Source: Dictyostelium discoideum (Eukaryota). Taken from it: a stretch of DNA of 64,000 nucleotides. The stretch is taken from the NCBI GenBank assembly GCA_000004695.1, contig CM000151.3, forward strand, positions 3,136,001 to 3,200,000. The letters are read 5' to 3'. Under the pieces are notes generated by a model. The model searched no databases and was not told the DNA's origin. It worked only from the letters and a program-made list of their open reading frames with translations. Of this stretch, positions 49,116-64,000 are shown piece by piece. Within the stretch, counting starts at the first letter, position 1. Every line of letters starts with the position of its first letter. The position numbers and the translations under genes were made by a program.

Positions 49116-49453
49116 TTTTTTTTTACAGTTTTCTCGTTTTTCAAAAAAAAAAAAAAAAATAAAATAAAAAATACTGATCATTTTTTTTTTTTATTTTTTT
49201 TATTTTTTTATTTTACTTAATTCAAGTTATAAAGTTTTTTGCCAGTTTTAAGTTTACTACAATTCTCAATAAAAAAAAAAAAAAAAAAAAAAACACAATG
49301 GTGAGTCACCCTTTTAGTATGAACACAAAGTAAGTTTTTTTTTTTTTGTCTTTTGGTAAATCGAAATATTTTATTTTTTTTAAACACAAATTTCATTGCT
49401 CTTTTGTTTTTTTTTTTTTAATTTTCTATTTACAAAATTTTTATCTTGAAAAT

Positions 49454-49794
49454 ATGAAATCACACTTTATCTATGTGGGTATCATATAATTAAGAAAAAT
49501 GCTATTAATAATTTTTTTTTTTTTTTTTCAATATTATTTTGGTTTACCAAAAGACAACATTATTTATTTGTTTATTGTGTGGATAAATTAATTGCTATGA
49601 AAAAAAAAAAATAAAAAAAAAAAAAATAAAAAAAAAAAGAATATAAAAAAAAATAAACAAAAAAAAAAAAAAAAAAAAAAAATTAAAAAAAAAAATAAAC
49701 AAATAATAAAAAGGATTAATAATAAAGTTAAAAATTAAATGAATATATTTATAAATTTAGAAAATAATATTTCTTGTCATTATGAAAAATGTAT

Positions 49795-49829
<35 letters not shown>

Positions 49830-50493
49830 ATGTATATTAAAATTTTATTAATTATGTATATTAAAAATTTTAGGTATAGATATATGGGATAAAATTCAAA
49901 TTAATATTTCAAAAAAAACTGATGAATCAAATACATTGGGGTATTTACCAAAAATTATTTTTTCATATTTAAAAGAAATAATGAAAAGTTTATATGATTG
50001 GGGTTTTCATTCAAAAATTTATTATGATATTAATTATTGTTTTTTTAAAAATGAAAAAAAAGATTGGTTTATGGATAGGTTTGAAGAAATATTTCCAATC
50101 TATAAAGTTATTATACAAGATGAAAATCTTCAAATTTATAAAGAATTAGAAAACAATTATAAAAATACTTTTTCTAGTTTTCTTCAAATAATTAAAATTG
50201 GAATTTCACAATTAACTAAACATTTAATTATAAATCATTATAATTTCATTTTAAATAATAATTTACAAATTATTAATAATAATCATAATAATGAATTTTC
50301 ATTTAATATAAATCAAATTCCAATTTCATCCGATCATTTGTTTGAATGGAGAGACCAAACTATAAAACGATTATCAGAATTGCTAGTTGACTTTAAAGAG
50401 ATATTTCAATATATAAATAATTTAATTAACAAAATCATATATAATCTTTTAAACATTAATAATTTGGATATTAATTTTTTCTATTTACAATAA
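49454..50493 (+). CDS. Hypothetical protein; main exon 49874..50493 with a tentative 25-nt first exon
   Basis: The main ORF must begin in phase 2 at the acceptor 'AAATTTTAG' (49873). The candidate exon 1 is 49454..49478 ('ATGAAATCACACTTTATCTATGTGG', MKSHFIYV-G), donor GTATCA, phase-compatible. An alternative upstream mini-exon 'ATGGTGAGTCACCCTTTTAGTATGAACACAAA|GTAAGT' (49298-49329) is phase-incompatible. The product 'GIDIWDKIQINISKKTDESNTLGYLPKIIFSYLKEIMKSLYDWGFHSKIYYDINYCFF...' belongs to no recognised family. Confidence 0.45.
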
Positions 50494-50532
50494 ATTATAA
50501 AACTCATTTTAAAACTGTATTAATAACAATCT

Positions 50533-50568
<36 letters not shown>

Positions 50569-50790
50569 TTTGTAAATACAAATTTAATTCTCATACATCG
50601 CATCATTCTCATATTAAAATACCGATAGAGCAATATTGGAAAAAAAATTATTGTTCTAGTAAAGAGAAAAAAAAAAAAAAATAAATTGCCTCTTCAATCT
50701 TGGAAAAGATTTATTGAGGTATGTACAACATTATGAGGTTTGGGGTGTGTTATATTATTTTGTGTAGACAAAATAAATACCCCTAATTGT

Positions 50791-50825
<35 letters not shown>

Positions 50826-51307
50826 TTGAAAAATAATTATCAAAAAACAACTTTTTTTTTTTTTTTACTACCAATTATGGCAAGAAAAAAAATTTGGCAT
50901 TTATGGCAATAACAAAAAAAAATCTTTTTTAATAGTATTAAAAATTTTTTTTTTTTAATATGCCTATCCACTTTTTATGAAATATAATTTCTTATTTAAT
51001 TCACACAGTAACACACCCACCTGTGTAAAACAGATTTTTTTTATTACGATGTACTTCCACCCCCCCAATTTTTTTTTTTTTAATATATTCCCATCATTGG
51101 TATTGCTTCATACCATCAAAAAAATTAATTTTATTTTAATGTTTTTTAATATTAACCAAGTTAAAATAATTTTTTATTTTTTTTTTGATATTTTCACAAG
51201 AAATTTGTATTTTTTCCAATTTTTTTTTTTTTCAAATTAATTTATGGTTTTATTGTTGGCGGTATTTCTTTTTTATTTTTTTTTTACACATATTAAACAA
51301 TAATAAA

Positions 51308-51402
<95 letters not shown>

Positions 51403-51418
51403 ATAATAATGAATAATA

Positions 51419-51958
51419 ATGAATAATAATGAAATTCTATTTTGGAAAGTGTTTCACAACAAATATTTATTTAATTTAATATTTGAAATCATGGAAAACA
51501 GTGAATTATTCAACAACAATGAAATCAATTTTTTATTTGATAAAGATAAAAGAATTAAATTTAAATATATTTATAGTTTAAAATGGATGATTAAAAATAA
51601 CCAATTTCAATTATTAAAATCAAAATTAATAAATGATGAATATGTTTTTATTACCTACTCTAGTATCAGGCATTTAATCGAACTCTATTTAATTAATGAA
51701 AGTGAATATAATGGTAATAATAATATTCAATTATTAAGAAAGGAAGAATATTATTCTAATTATAATATATATAATATCTCTATTAAAATTGAATTATTTA
51801 AAGAAATATTACAATTAATACTTGAAAAAAGAGATTATAAATCATTAGATGATGATAAAATAATCCAATTAGCGTTATACCATGGTAGTTATGAAGTTAT
51901 TAAAATATTATTTGAATCCTTAAATTATATTAATAATAAAAATAATAATAATAAAAAT

Positions 51959-52046
<88 letters not shown>

Positions 52047-53884
52047 GTGGTGATGATGATAATACTAAAATAAATAAAGATAAAACTTTTGAATCATATA
52101 CTATGGAATCATGGAATGGAGATGGTTTTTATGGTTTCAACAAAATGAGTATGACTGGAAACAGAGTTCATGGTATTACATTAGAGAATATTATGTTAGA
52201 CCATCTTATATTAATAGGTCAACAACAAGAACAACAACCAAATCAATTTAATGAATATGTTTCATTTTTCATAAATAATAGGAATTGTAAAAAAAGGATT
52301 GGTGCAAAATTAGCAATAGATTTAGAAAAATTAGAAGTTTCAACAAATTTCAAAACAAATTATAAATTATTAGATTATATCAAAATCATATTTGATAAAG
52401 AAATTGAAAATTTTAATAATAACAATAATAATAATAAAGATAAATTAGAAATATTATTTGAATGTATTAAATTATATAGGGGAGAACATCCACCATTAGA
52501 ATCATTATTAAAACAAAATGATGATGAAACTATTCAAGAATTATTAAAACAATTAATCATTTTATCAAAATCAAAAACATTATTTGAATTATATTTATCA
52601 AAATATCATGATAATATAGGTGATGAATTAATTTCAATTGATAATTTTAAAGAAATTGCAATCGATTATTGCCTTTACAATTACATACCATCAATATTTA
52701 AACAAATTGACTTCACCATATATCATTTAAAAGTTTACCATGGCAATAACAATAAAGCAAATAAAATAATATCAAATTTAAAAAGATCAATCGAATTCTT
52801 AAGACTCCTTATATCAAAAATAAATTATAACCATTGTTTGAATGAAGAAGAAGAAGAAGAAAAAGAAGAAGAAGATGGTGATGATGATAATGATTATGAT
52901 GAAGAAGAAGAAGAAGAAAAAGAAGGAGAAGAAGAAGAAGAAGAAGAAGAAGAAGAAGAAGAAGAAGAAGAAGAAGAAGAAGAAGAAGAAGAAGAAGAAG
53001 AAGAAGAAGAAGGAAATCTATATATTAAAGATACAATTTTAAATATAATGTTACAAACTGATAAATCAACATATGAAGAATTATATAGTTTCATACCAAA
53101 TAAATATAAAAATAATTTACCATTGCACTGGAATCCAATTTTATCAAGTATTGGTAATTGTAATGTACTTTCAATTGCTAAAGATATTGAAACAATAAAT
53201 TTGCTTAGTAATTGGATAGAAGATATGGACTATAAATTATATAAAATTAATACAATTGATTTTTATTATGATTCGGTTGAATTATCAAATTATTTTATAA
53301 AATTACATTCAATAACAAAAAATTCAAATGGCTTTTATTTTGTACCATTTTTAAAGGCATTTGCTGAAAGTAATATCAATGATTTTAAATATTTTGACTC
53401 TTTGGGTCTTAAAATTGGAAATTATTTACATAAAGTACTATTTTCTTTAAATAAAAGATTATTAAATGAAGATGATGAATTAATATACCAAGAATATAAT
53501 ACAATGTTCAATTTTATATTAGATAGTCAAATGGGTGATCCTTCTAATGATCTTTACAAATTAGTTGAATATATAGCTAACAATGGTTATTATAAAGATG
53601 ATCAATATAATAATAGAACCAATTCAAATGAACATATAAAGTTTAATCTCTCAAAAATTAAAATCAATTTAAATAAAGAATTAATTAAAGATTTATTATC
53701 AAAAACATTAAATTATAATTTATCATCAAAAACATTAAATTATAATTTATCAAGATTGGTTGTCGAGAATTTAATCTTTACAAATAAAGAGTTGGATTTC
53801 AATATAAAATCAAATAAATATGACCCATTATTTATTAATTTAATAATTATTCAAATAAATAAATGTAGAGAAATAATTAAAATA

Positions 53885-53965
<81 letters not shown>

Positions 53966-54877
53966 TATAATAATAATAATAATAATAATAATTATAATAA
54001 TAATAATAGTATTGAAGACTCTTTTAAAACACAGCAAGCAAATTTAAAAATTTATTTAAGATTATTAGAAGTTTTATTTTATTGTAATTTTAGAAATTAT
54101 GAAAAAGGAGAGGATTTTGAAATAATTAACCAAATGTATGATGTTTTAATTGAAAATCAATATGAATTTCAAATTGAAAATAAACAATTAAAACTATTCT
54201 TAATATTTAAAAGATCACCAATATTGTATGAATATTTAAAAGATAAAGGAGATATTCATAAAACAATTAAAAAAACTATTAAAACAATATCTTTAGAATT
54301 CATTCAACAATCACCATTTGATGATTTAATTGATTCGGTTATATATCGTCCATATAAAGAAGAAGTAGAAATATTTGGTTACTCAAAATGTCAGGGAGTT
54401 ATTCAACGTAATTTACAACTATTCATTTTACTAAAAAGAAAAGATTTATTTTTAAAAGAGTTGGAATTAATTGGTTCAGGTGGTAAAGAAGAATTGAATT
54501 TTCCAAAATTTATAATTAAATGGTGCTGTCTTAATTTAGAATTAACATCAATAAATTATATATTTAAAGTAATCAAGAGTGAAAAGTCTTTAAATGAGGA
54601 TTTTTTTTTTAACTATTACAGGCCAACTAAAATATCAGAATTTTGTCTAGTATCATTACAATTGGGTAAAATTGAAATTACAAAATTATCATTCACAATT
54701 TTAAATAATTATTTTACACATTTTAGTTCATATGTACAAGAGTACTATCAAAATTTTAAAGACCAGGTTGAAAATTATAGCGAACATGATTATTTAATCA
54801 ACAGAAATTCATTAGCCGAACTACTACATGGCATTATTGGAGGATTAAAGCAAGCTAAAGAGTATGCCTATATGTAA
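51419..54877 (+). CDS. Large hypothetical protein of 1152 aa with poly-N and a 60-residue poly-E tract
   Basis: Uninterrupted ORF from the first ATG after an in-frame TGA. The non-repetitive regions are diverse and K/L/I/N-rich, as in real Dictyostelium proteins. A (GAA)n coding microsatellite lies at 52920-53010. No motif recognised. Confidence 0.65.
52920..53010. repeat. (GAA)n coding microsatellite (poly-E) inside the 1152-aa ORF
   Basis: A visible (gaa)n run of about 30 units. Confidence 0.9.
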
Positions 54878-55200
54878 TTAATGTTCAAAAAAAAATAAAA
54901 AAAAAAATTTAAATAACAAACTAAAAATAGAATAACTAAAGAGTGGATTTTTTGATAAAAAAAAAAAAATAAAAAAATAAAAAAAATAATAAAAAAAAAT
55001 AAAAAAATAAAAATTTCAAAAAAAAAAAAAAAAAAAAATAAAATAAAATTCAACAAGAGATTTATCGTTACCATTAATTAATTTTTTTTTTTTTTATTTT
55101 TTTTTTTTTTTTTGGTTTTTTAAAAATAAATTGTATACAAAAGGGATAATAATAAAAAAATAAATAAATAATAAATAAAAAACAAACAAATAAAAAAAAA

Positions 55201-56088
55201 ATGGCAGATAAAAGAGTACCATCAGTTCTAGTATCATCACTTCGTGTTGGTATGGGAAGCACATACCTAAAAACAAGAAAAGATGACACTGACAAGAATG
55301 ATAAAGATAGACAAAAAGAAGAATTAAGACAAAGAGAATTAAAATCATTAGAAAAGAAATCTGGTATTAAATTTGAAGATACCTCAATTGAAAATGATAA
55401 AGAATTATTAAAATTAAAGAATAGATTAATAAATGAAGAAGAAGAGGAAAATAATAAAACATCAACTACAACTACAACTACAACATCAAATATAAAGAAG
55501 AGAAAAGGTATAGACGATGATGATACAGATAGCGATGATAGTGATAGTGATAGTGATGATGATGATGATGATGATGATGATAACAATGGTTCAAAGAATA
55601 AATTTAAAAAAGTTGATAAAGATCATTCAGATAATAGTGAAAATAATGATTCAGATGACTCTGATGATTCAGATGATTCAGATGATGAAGAAGAATTAAT
55701 GAAAGAACTTGAAAAAATTAAAAAAGAAAAAGCAGAACAACAAAAGAAAAAAGAATTAGAGAGCCAACAAGAATTAGAAAAAGAGCGTTTAGAAAGAGTC
55801 GCTCATGGTAATCCTTTATTAAATAATACCAATAGTAATAATAACAATAATAATAGTAGTGGTGATTATTCTATAAAGAAAAAGTATGTAATATTTAATT
55901 TATTATTTCATGTTTGGTTTAGTATTATTATTAACATTTTTCTTTTTTTTTTCTATTGAAATAGTTGGTTTGACGATGGTGTTTTTAAAAATCAAGCTAG
56001 AGATGAACCCGTTGTAAAGAAGAGATTTATTAATGATACAACTAGAAGTGATTTTGCTAAAAAATTCTTATCAAAATATATAAAATAA
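55201..56088 (+). CDS. cwc15: Spliceosome-associated protein Cwc15 (AD-002 homolog), two exons
   Basis: Model: join(55201..55883, 55965..56088). Donor GTATGT at 55884 (phase 2); acceptor 'TTGAAATAG' at 55964. The N-terminus is '[12 protein letters not shown]', followed by acidic D/S repeats. '[23 protein letters not shown]...[14 protein letters not shown]' matches human '[16 protein letters not shown]...ENILSGNPLLN'. The exon-2 C-terminus '[41 protein letters not shown]' matches human '[44 protein letters not shown]'. Confidence 0.9.
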
Positions 56089-56181
56089 ATTATTTAATTT
56101 TTTAAAAAAAAAAAACAAAATTGTAGAAAAGAGACAGGAGATTTGTTAAAATTTTATTGACTATTATTATTATTTATTTTA

Positions 56182-56967
56182 TTATTGACTATTATTATTA
56201 TTATTATTAAAAGGTACAATTTTTAAATCACTACTACTTGGATCACCAAAAAGGATTTCAAAACTATTTGAGTGCTTAAGATTTCCATCAATACTAGAGG
56301 CACCTATGTCGATATTCTCTTCTTCTAAAATATATTTTATAACATCACCAATAAAATGATTAATATATGAGTCCAATATGTCAAATCTAATAGTTTCTCT
56401 AATTTCTGACAGAGTTCTTCCTGGTGAATCATTTGAATTAATTCTATCACATATTGATGAAGTTAGAACTGTCAAACATTCATTAGACTCACAACCTAGA
56501 TCTCTATTTAACCTTAAAATTGGAGAAACTAAATAAATATTACCTAATAATTATTTTAATTAGAACAAACTTTTGTTTTTGATTTTGATTTTTTTTTTTT
56601 TTTTTTTTTTCTTCTAAAAATAAAATTAAATATATATTATTTACCAAAATCTGTATCCTTTGAAATTTCTTTTATTATATCATTATTAAATTCTCCTTTA
56701 TAAAGTTCATTGAAAAAACATTTTGCTTCTTTTTCCATATCATAAACATCTAAAATAAATAAATTTTTAAATGAAGTGAATTTACCTTTTTTAAAATTAT
56801 CATTTTCTTTTTTTTTTTTTTTGGAAATAAAAAAAAACATATATATATTTTAATATTAATTATATTTTAAACCTATTATAATTTAATAATCAATTGATTA
56901 TTACATACTTGTTTTTTTCTGGTGAAATTTTAATATTTCGATCATTGATTTTATAACTTTAATATTC

Positions 56968-57065
<98 letters not shown>

Positions 57066-57908
57066 GTTATCGTTATTGTTATTAATACTTTCAATTTTGA
57101 TTTTTAGATTATCAAATTCTTTTTCAACATTAAATGAGTTAATAGGTGATTTATTGTTATTATTAAAGGTTGGGACAAGTATTTTTGAAGGTTCTGATTT
57201 ATATATATTATCATTTTTAAATTCATTTATTGAATTAAAAAATTTTTCATTTCTGTCATCTTCGTTGGTTGAATGATAATAAAGTATAATATCTAATTCT
57301 GGATATAGAGGAAGAATTGAATAAACTTTTCGATGAAATGAATATATATTACTAAAGGTAAAACATTCAGTGCCTTTTTTTAAAAATGATTTTTTAATTT
57401 CTATTATATTTTGATTTTTTAATTCATTTTCATTTTCATTGAAAATTAAACATATCACTTTTCTATTTCCAGGTTTTTCTTTATAAGTTTCAATTTTATT
57501 ATTACTATTAGTATTAACTTGGCTATTTGAATTAAAGATTATTGATCCACTTGATTGTGAACCAAAAAATATATTAAAATTGTCAAATAATTGATTTTTT
57601 AAGTTATATGGAATCATTTGGTAATTTTTCTTCAAAAGAGTTTCTAAATTATTTAAATTACCAAAATACTTTGTAATGTAATTATCTAAAATAATACCCT
57701 TCATTTTAACAATCTTATTTGATAATACTTCTTTATCATTTGATTCTAATGTATCACATAGTAATTCTAAAAATGGTGAAGCTTCACCATTAATTGTTGT
57801 AGTTGTTACAATTGTAGTTGTAGTAGTTGTTGTATTATCATTAATTCTATATGATGAAGATGTTGTTGTAGTAGTAGTTGAATTATTATTATTAATATTA
57901 TTATTTGC

Positions 57909-57943
<35 letters not shown>

Positions 57944-58872
57944 TAATATAATTATTATTATTATTCAAATAATCAAATAATAAATGTGAATGTATAAATG
58001 AAATATCTTAAAAATAAATAAATTAGTATCTTAAAATTATTATTATTATTATTATTATTATTTAAAATTTACAAATGATAATTATTTAAAAATACTTACT
58101 ATCCATTGTTGGTAGGTTTAATATTTCATTGGGAGAATTATAAAGTTGAAATAATTTTTCTAATGGGTTATTATTATTATTGTTATTGTTATTATTATAA
58201 AATAAATCTAAAATAAATATCTTTTCCCATGATAGCATTACTCCTTTTTTGAAATGTAAATTTTCTTAAAATTATTTAGTTTGAAAAAAAAAAAAAAAAT
58301 ATTTTGGTAATTATTTTATATATAAATTGTTGAGAAAATTAAAAAAAATATACATACTGAATTCATCTTCTTTTGTTTTTAATAAACCTATCAAACTATT
58401 TAAAAAAAATTTTATTTCACGGGTTATTTTAGAACCTTGATATATTTCAACTAATGATGAAAGTTTAATTTTATTATCTTCTAATTGGTATGGCCCATAA
58501 ATATAAAATAAAAACATTGCTTTTGTATTATCAGACTTTAGATCTTTTACAATTGTTTTAAATACATTTCTTAAATCATCATTTATATTATCGAAACAAA
58601 TGACTTCAAATCCAAATGGAGTTAAAGTTTCTTTTAATTTTAATTTATTGCTTATTGCATTCATATCATTTACATTCCAAACAATGATATAACAAATTTT
58701 TTTTATAATTTTTGATATGTGTTCCTTTAATATTTAAAATTAAAAAAAGAGTATAAGTATTTGAAAGAAAAGAAAAGAAAAAAAAAAAAAAAAAAAAAAT
58801 TACCAAAACATTATTTTTAATATCACTGTTTTTATTATTCTCTAATTGGCTTGCGTCACCTTCTATATTCAT
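56182..58872 (-). CDS. Six-exon orphan gene of 720 codons; contains two internal copies of a hydrophobic-strand module and long poly-N/T tracts
   Basis: Model: complement(join(56182..56528, 56645..56749, 56909..58006, 58091..58264, 58358..58724, 58804..58872)). Donors are GTAATT, GTATGT, GTAAGT, GTATGT and GTAAAT. Acceptors are all (A/T)nAG. Phases are 0, 1, 1, 1, 1, and every exon frame matches an ORF-track ORF (58666..58872, 58311..58664, 56901..57968, 56637..56840, 56182..56475). Module 1: 'KICYIIVWNVNDMNAISNKLKLKETLTPFGFEVICFDNINDDLRNVFKTIVKDLKSDNTKAMFLFYIYGPYQ'. Module 2: 'RKVICLIFNENENELKNQNIIEIKKSFLKKGTECFTFSNIYSFHRKVYSILPLYPELDIILYYHST'. Confidence 0.6.
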
Positions 58873-59029
58873 TTTTTTATTTTATTGAATTATCTTATAA
58901 TAAAGAAAAAAATAAGAGTAGAAAAAAAAAAAAAAAAAAATATAAGGAAAAAAAAAAATTAAAAAATTAAAAATTAAAAATTAAAAATTAAATTAAAAAT
59001 AAATTCATTTTTTAATTTTGGGTAAAATT

Positions 59030-59078
59030 GATTGGGGAATCAATTGGGGTGGGTGGGAATGGGGGACCACTAAAAATA
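59030..59078. promoter_or_regulatory. G-rich, G-box-like element in the promoter region of the minus-strand orphan gene and 3' of the Roco kinase gene
   Basis: 'gattggggaatcaattggggtgggtgggaatgggggaccac': five G3-5 runs within 40 nt in an otherwise >80% AT intergenic region. It lies about 160-200 bp upstream (minus orientation) of ATG 58872. Confidence 0.35.
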
Positions 59079-59190
59079 AAAAATAAAATTTGTTATCATT
59101 TTTAATAAAAAAATCCAAAAATAGTATTATTATTATTATCATTTTTATCATTTTTATTATTATTATTTTTATTTTTATTTTTTAAATTAT

Positions 59191-63942
<4,752 letters not shown>

Positions 63943-64000
63943 ATTTTTTATTTTTGCTTTTTTTTTTTTTTATTTCTTATTTTTTCACTTTTCAACCCAC

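Noticed and set aside
49298-49329. Alternative first exon 'ATGGTGAGTCACCCTTTTAGTATGAACACAAA|GTAAGT' for the 49874..50493 gene
   Set aside because: It has an excellent GTAAGT donor, but its phase (2) is incompatible with the only available acceptor at 49873, which needs phase 1. It may be a 5'-UTR intron or belong to an unresolved transcript.
52842-54037. Poly-K, poly-S and poly-I ORFs (52842-53094, 53840-54037)
   Set aside because: Alternate-frame readings of the (GAA)n and (AAT)n coding repeats of the 1152-aa gene.
54868-55586. Minus-strand ORFs 54868-55074, 55074-55586 and 55094-55348 (F/S/L-rich)
   Set aside because: Antisense to the Cwc15 acidic-repeat region and to a poly-A intergenic tract. 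Low complexity.

Overview
The window is eukaryotic, not prokaryotic. It is extremely AT-rich (about 75-80%), with long poly-A/T runs, short GT..AG introns of 80-160 nt, and in-frame poly-N/Q/E tracts in most proteins. This is the signature of a Dictyostelium discoideum-type social-amoeba chromosome arm. Prokaryotic feature classes (CRISPR arrays, operons, defence islands) therefore do not apply, and none were found. I built 28 protein-coding gene models, many spliced, by joining six-frame ORFs through canonical GTAAGT / GTATGT / GTAAAT donors and (T)nAG acceptors. Most splice sites could be anchored to ORF-track coordinates. Positions near long homopolymer runs are only accurate to about ±1-2 bp, as noted for psi exon 2.

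Genes recognised with confidence:
- Rad51 recombinase.
- Skp1 (FP21).
- A cytosolic Hsp70/Hsc70.
- Importin-alpha.
- Dcp2, the mRNA-decapping Nudix enzyme, with a long poly-Q/NFQNQQQ tail.
- Cwc15, a spliceosome protein.
- TRAPPC1/Bet5.
- A Roco-family LRR-Roc-COR-kinase of 1553 codons.
- A psi-family PA14/Cys-rich membrane protein.
- Two tandem SET+MYND (SMYD) methyltransferase paralogs.
- An SH2-plus-C-terminal-RING putative E3 ligase.
- A SpoU/TrmH-type RNA methyltransferase.
- An ATP10-like mitochondrial assembly factor.

The most unusual items:
- A poly-N-infiltrated gene carrying a Harbinger/PIF-type DDE_Tnp_4 transposase core, with a ~290-bp tandem repeat immediately downstream.
- A tandem pair of 63-aa secreted peptides sharing an identical six-cysteine spacing, one of which has an ATG-only first exon.
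- An intron-rich / intronless paralog pair of secreted proteins.
- A six-exon orphan gene with a G-box-like G-rich promoter element.
- A duplicated non-coding element upstream of Skp1.

The co-occurrence of Hsc70, Skp1 and the Roco kinase is compatible with the duplicated chromosome-2 segment of the AX3/AX4 lineage (hspE / fpaB / qkgA), but that is inference from memory. Gene symbols are given only where I recognise them.
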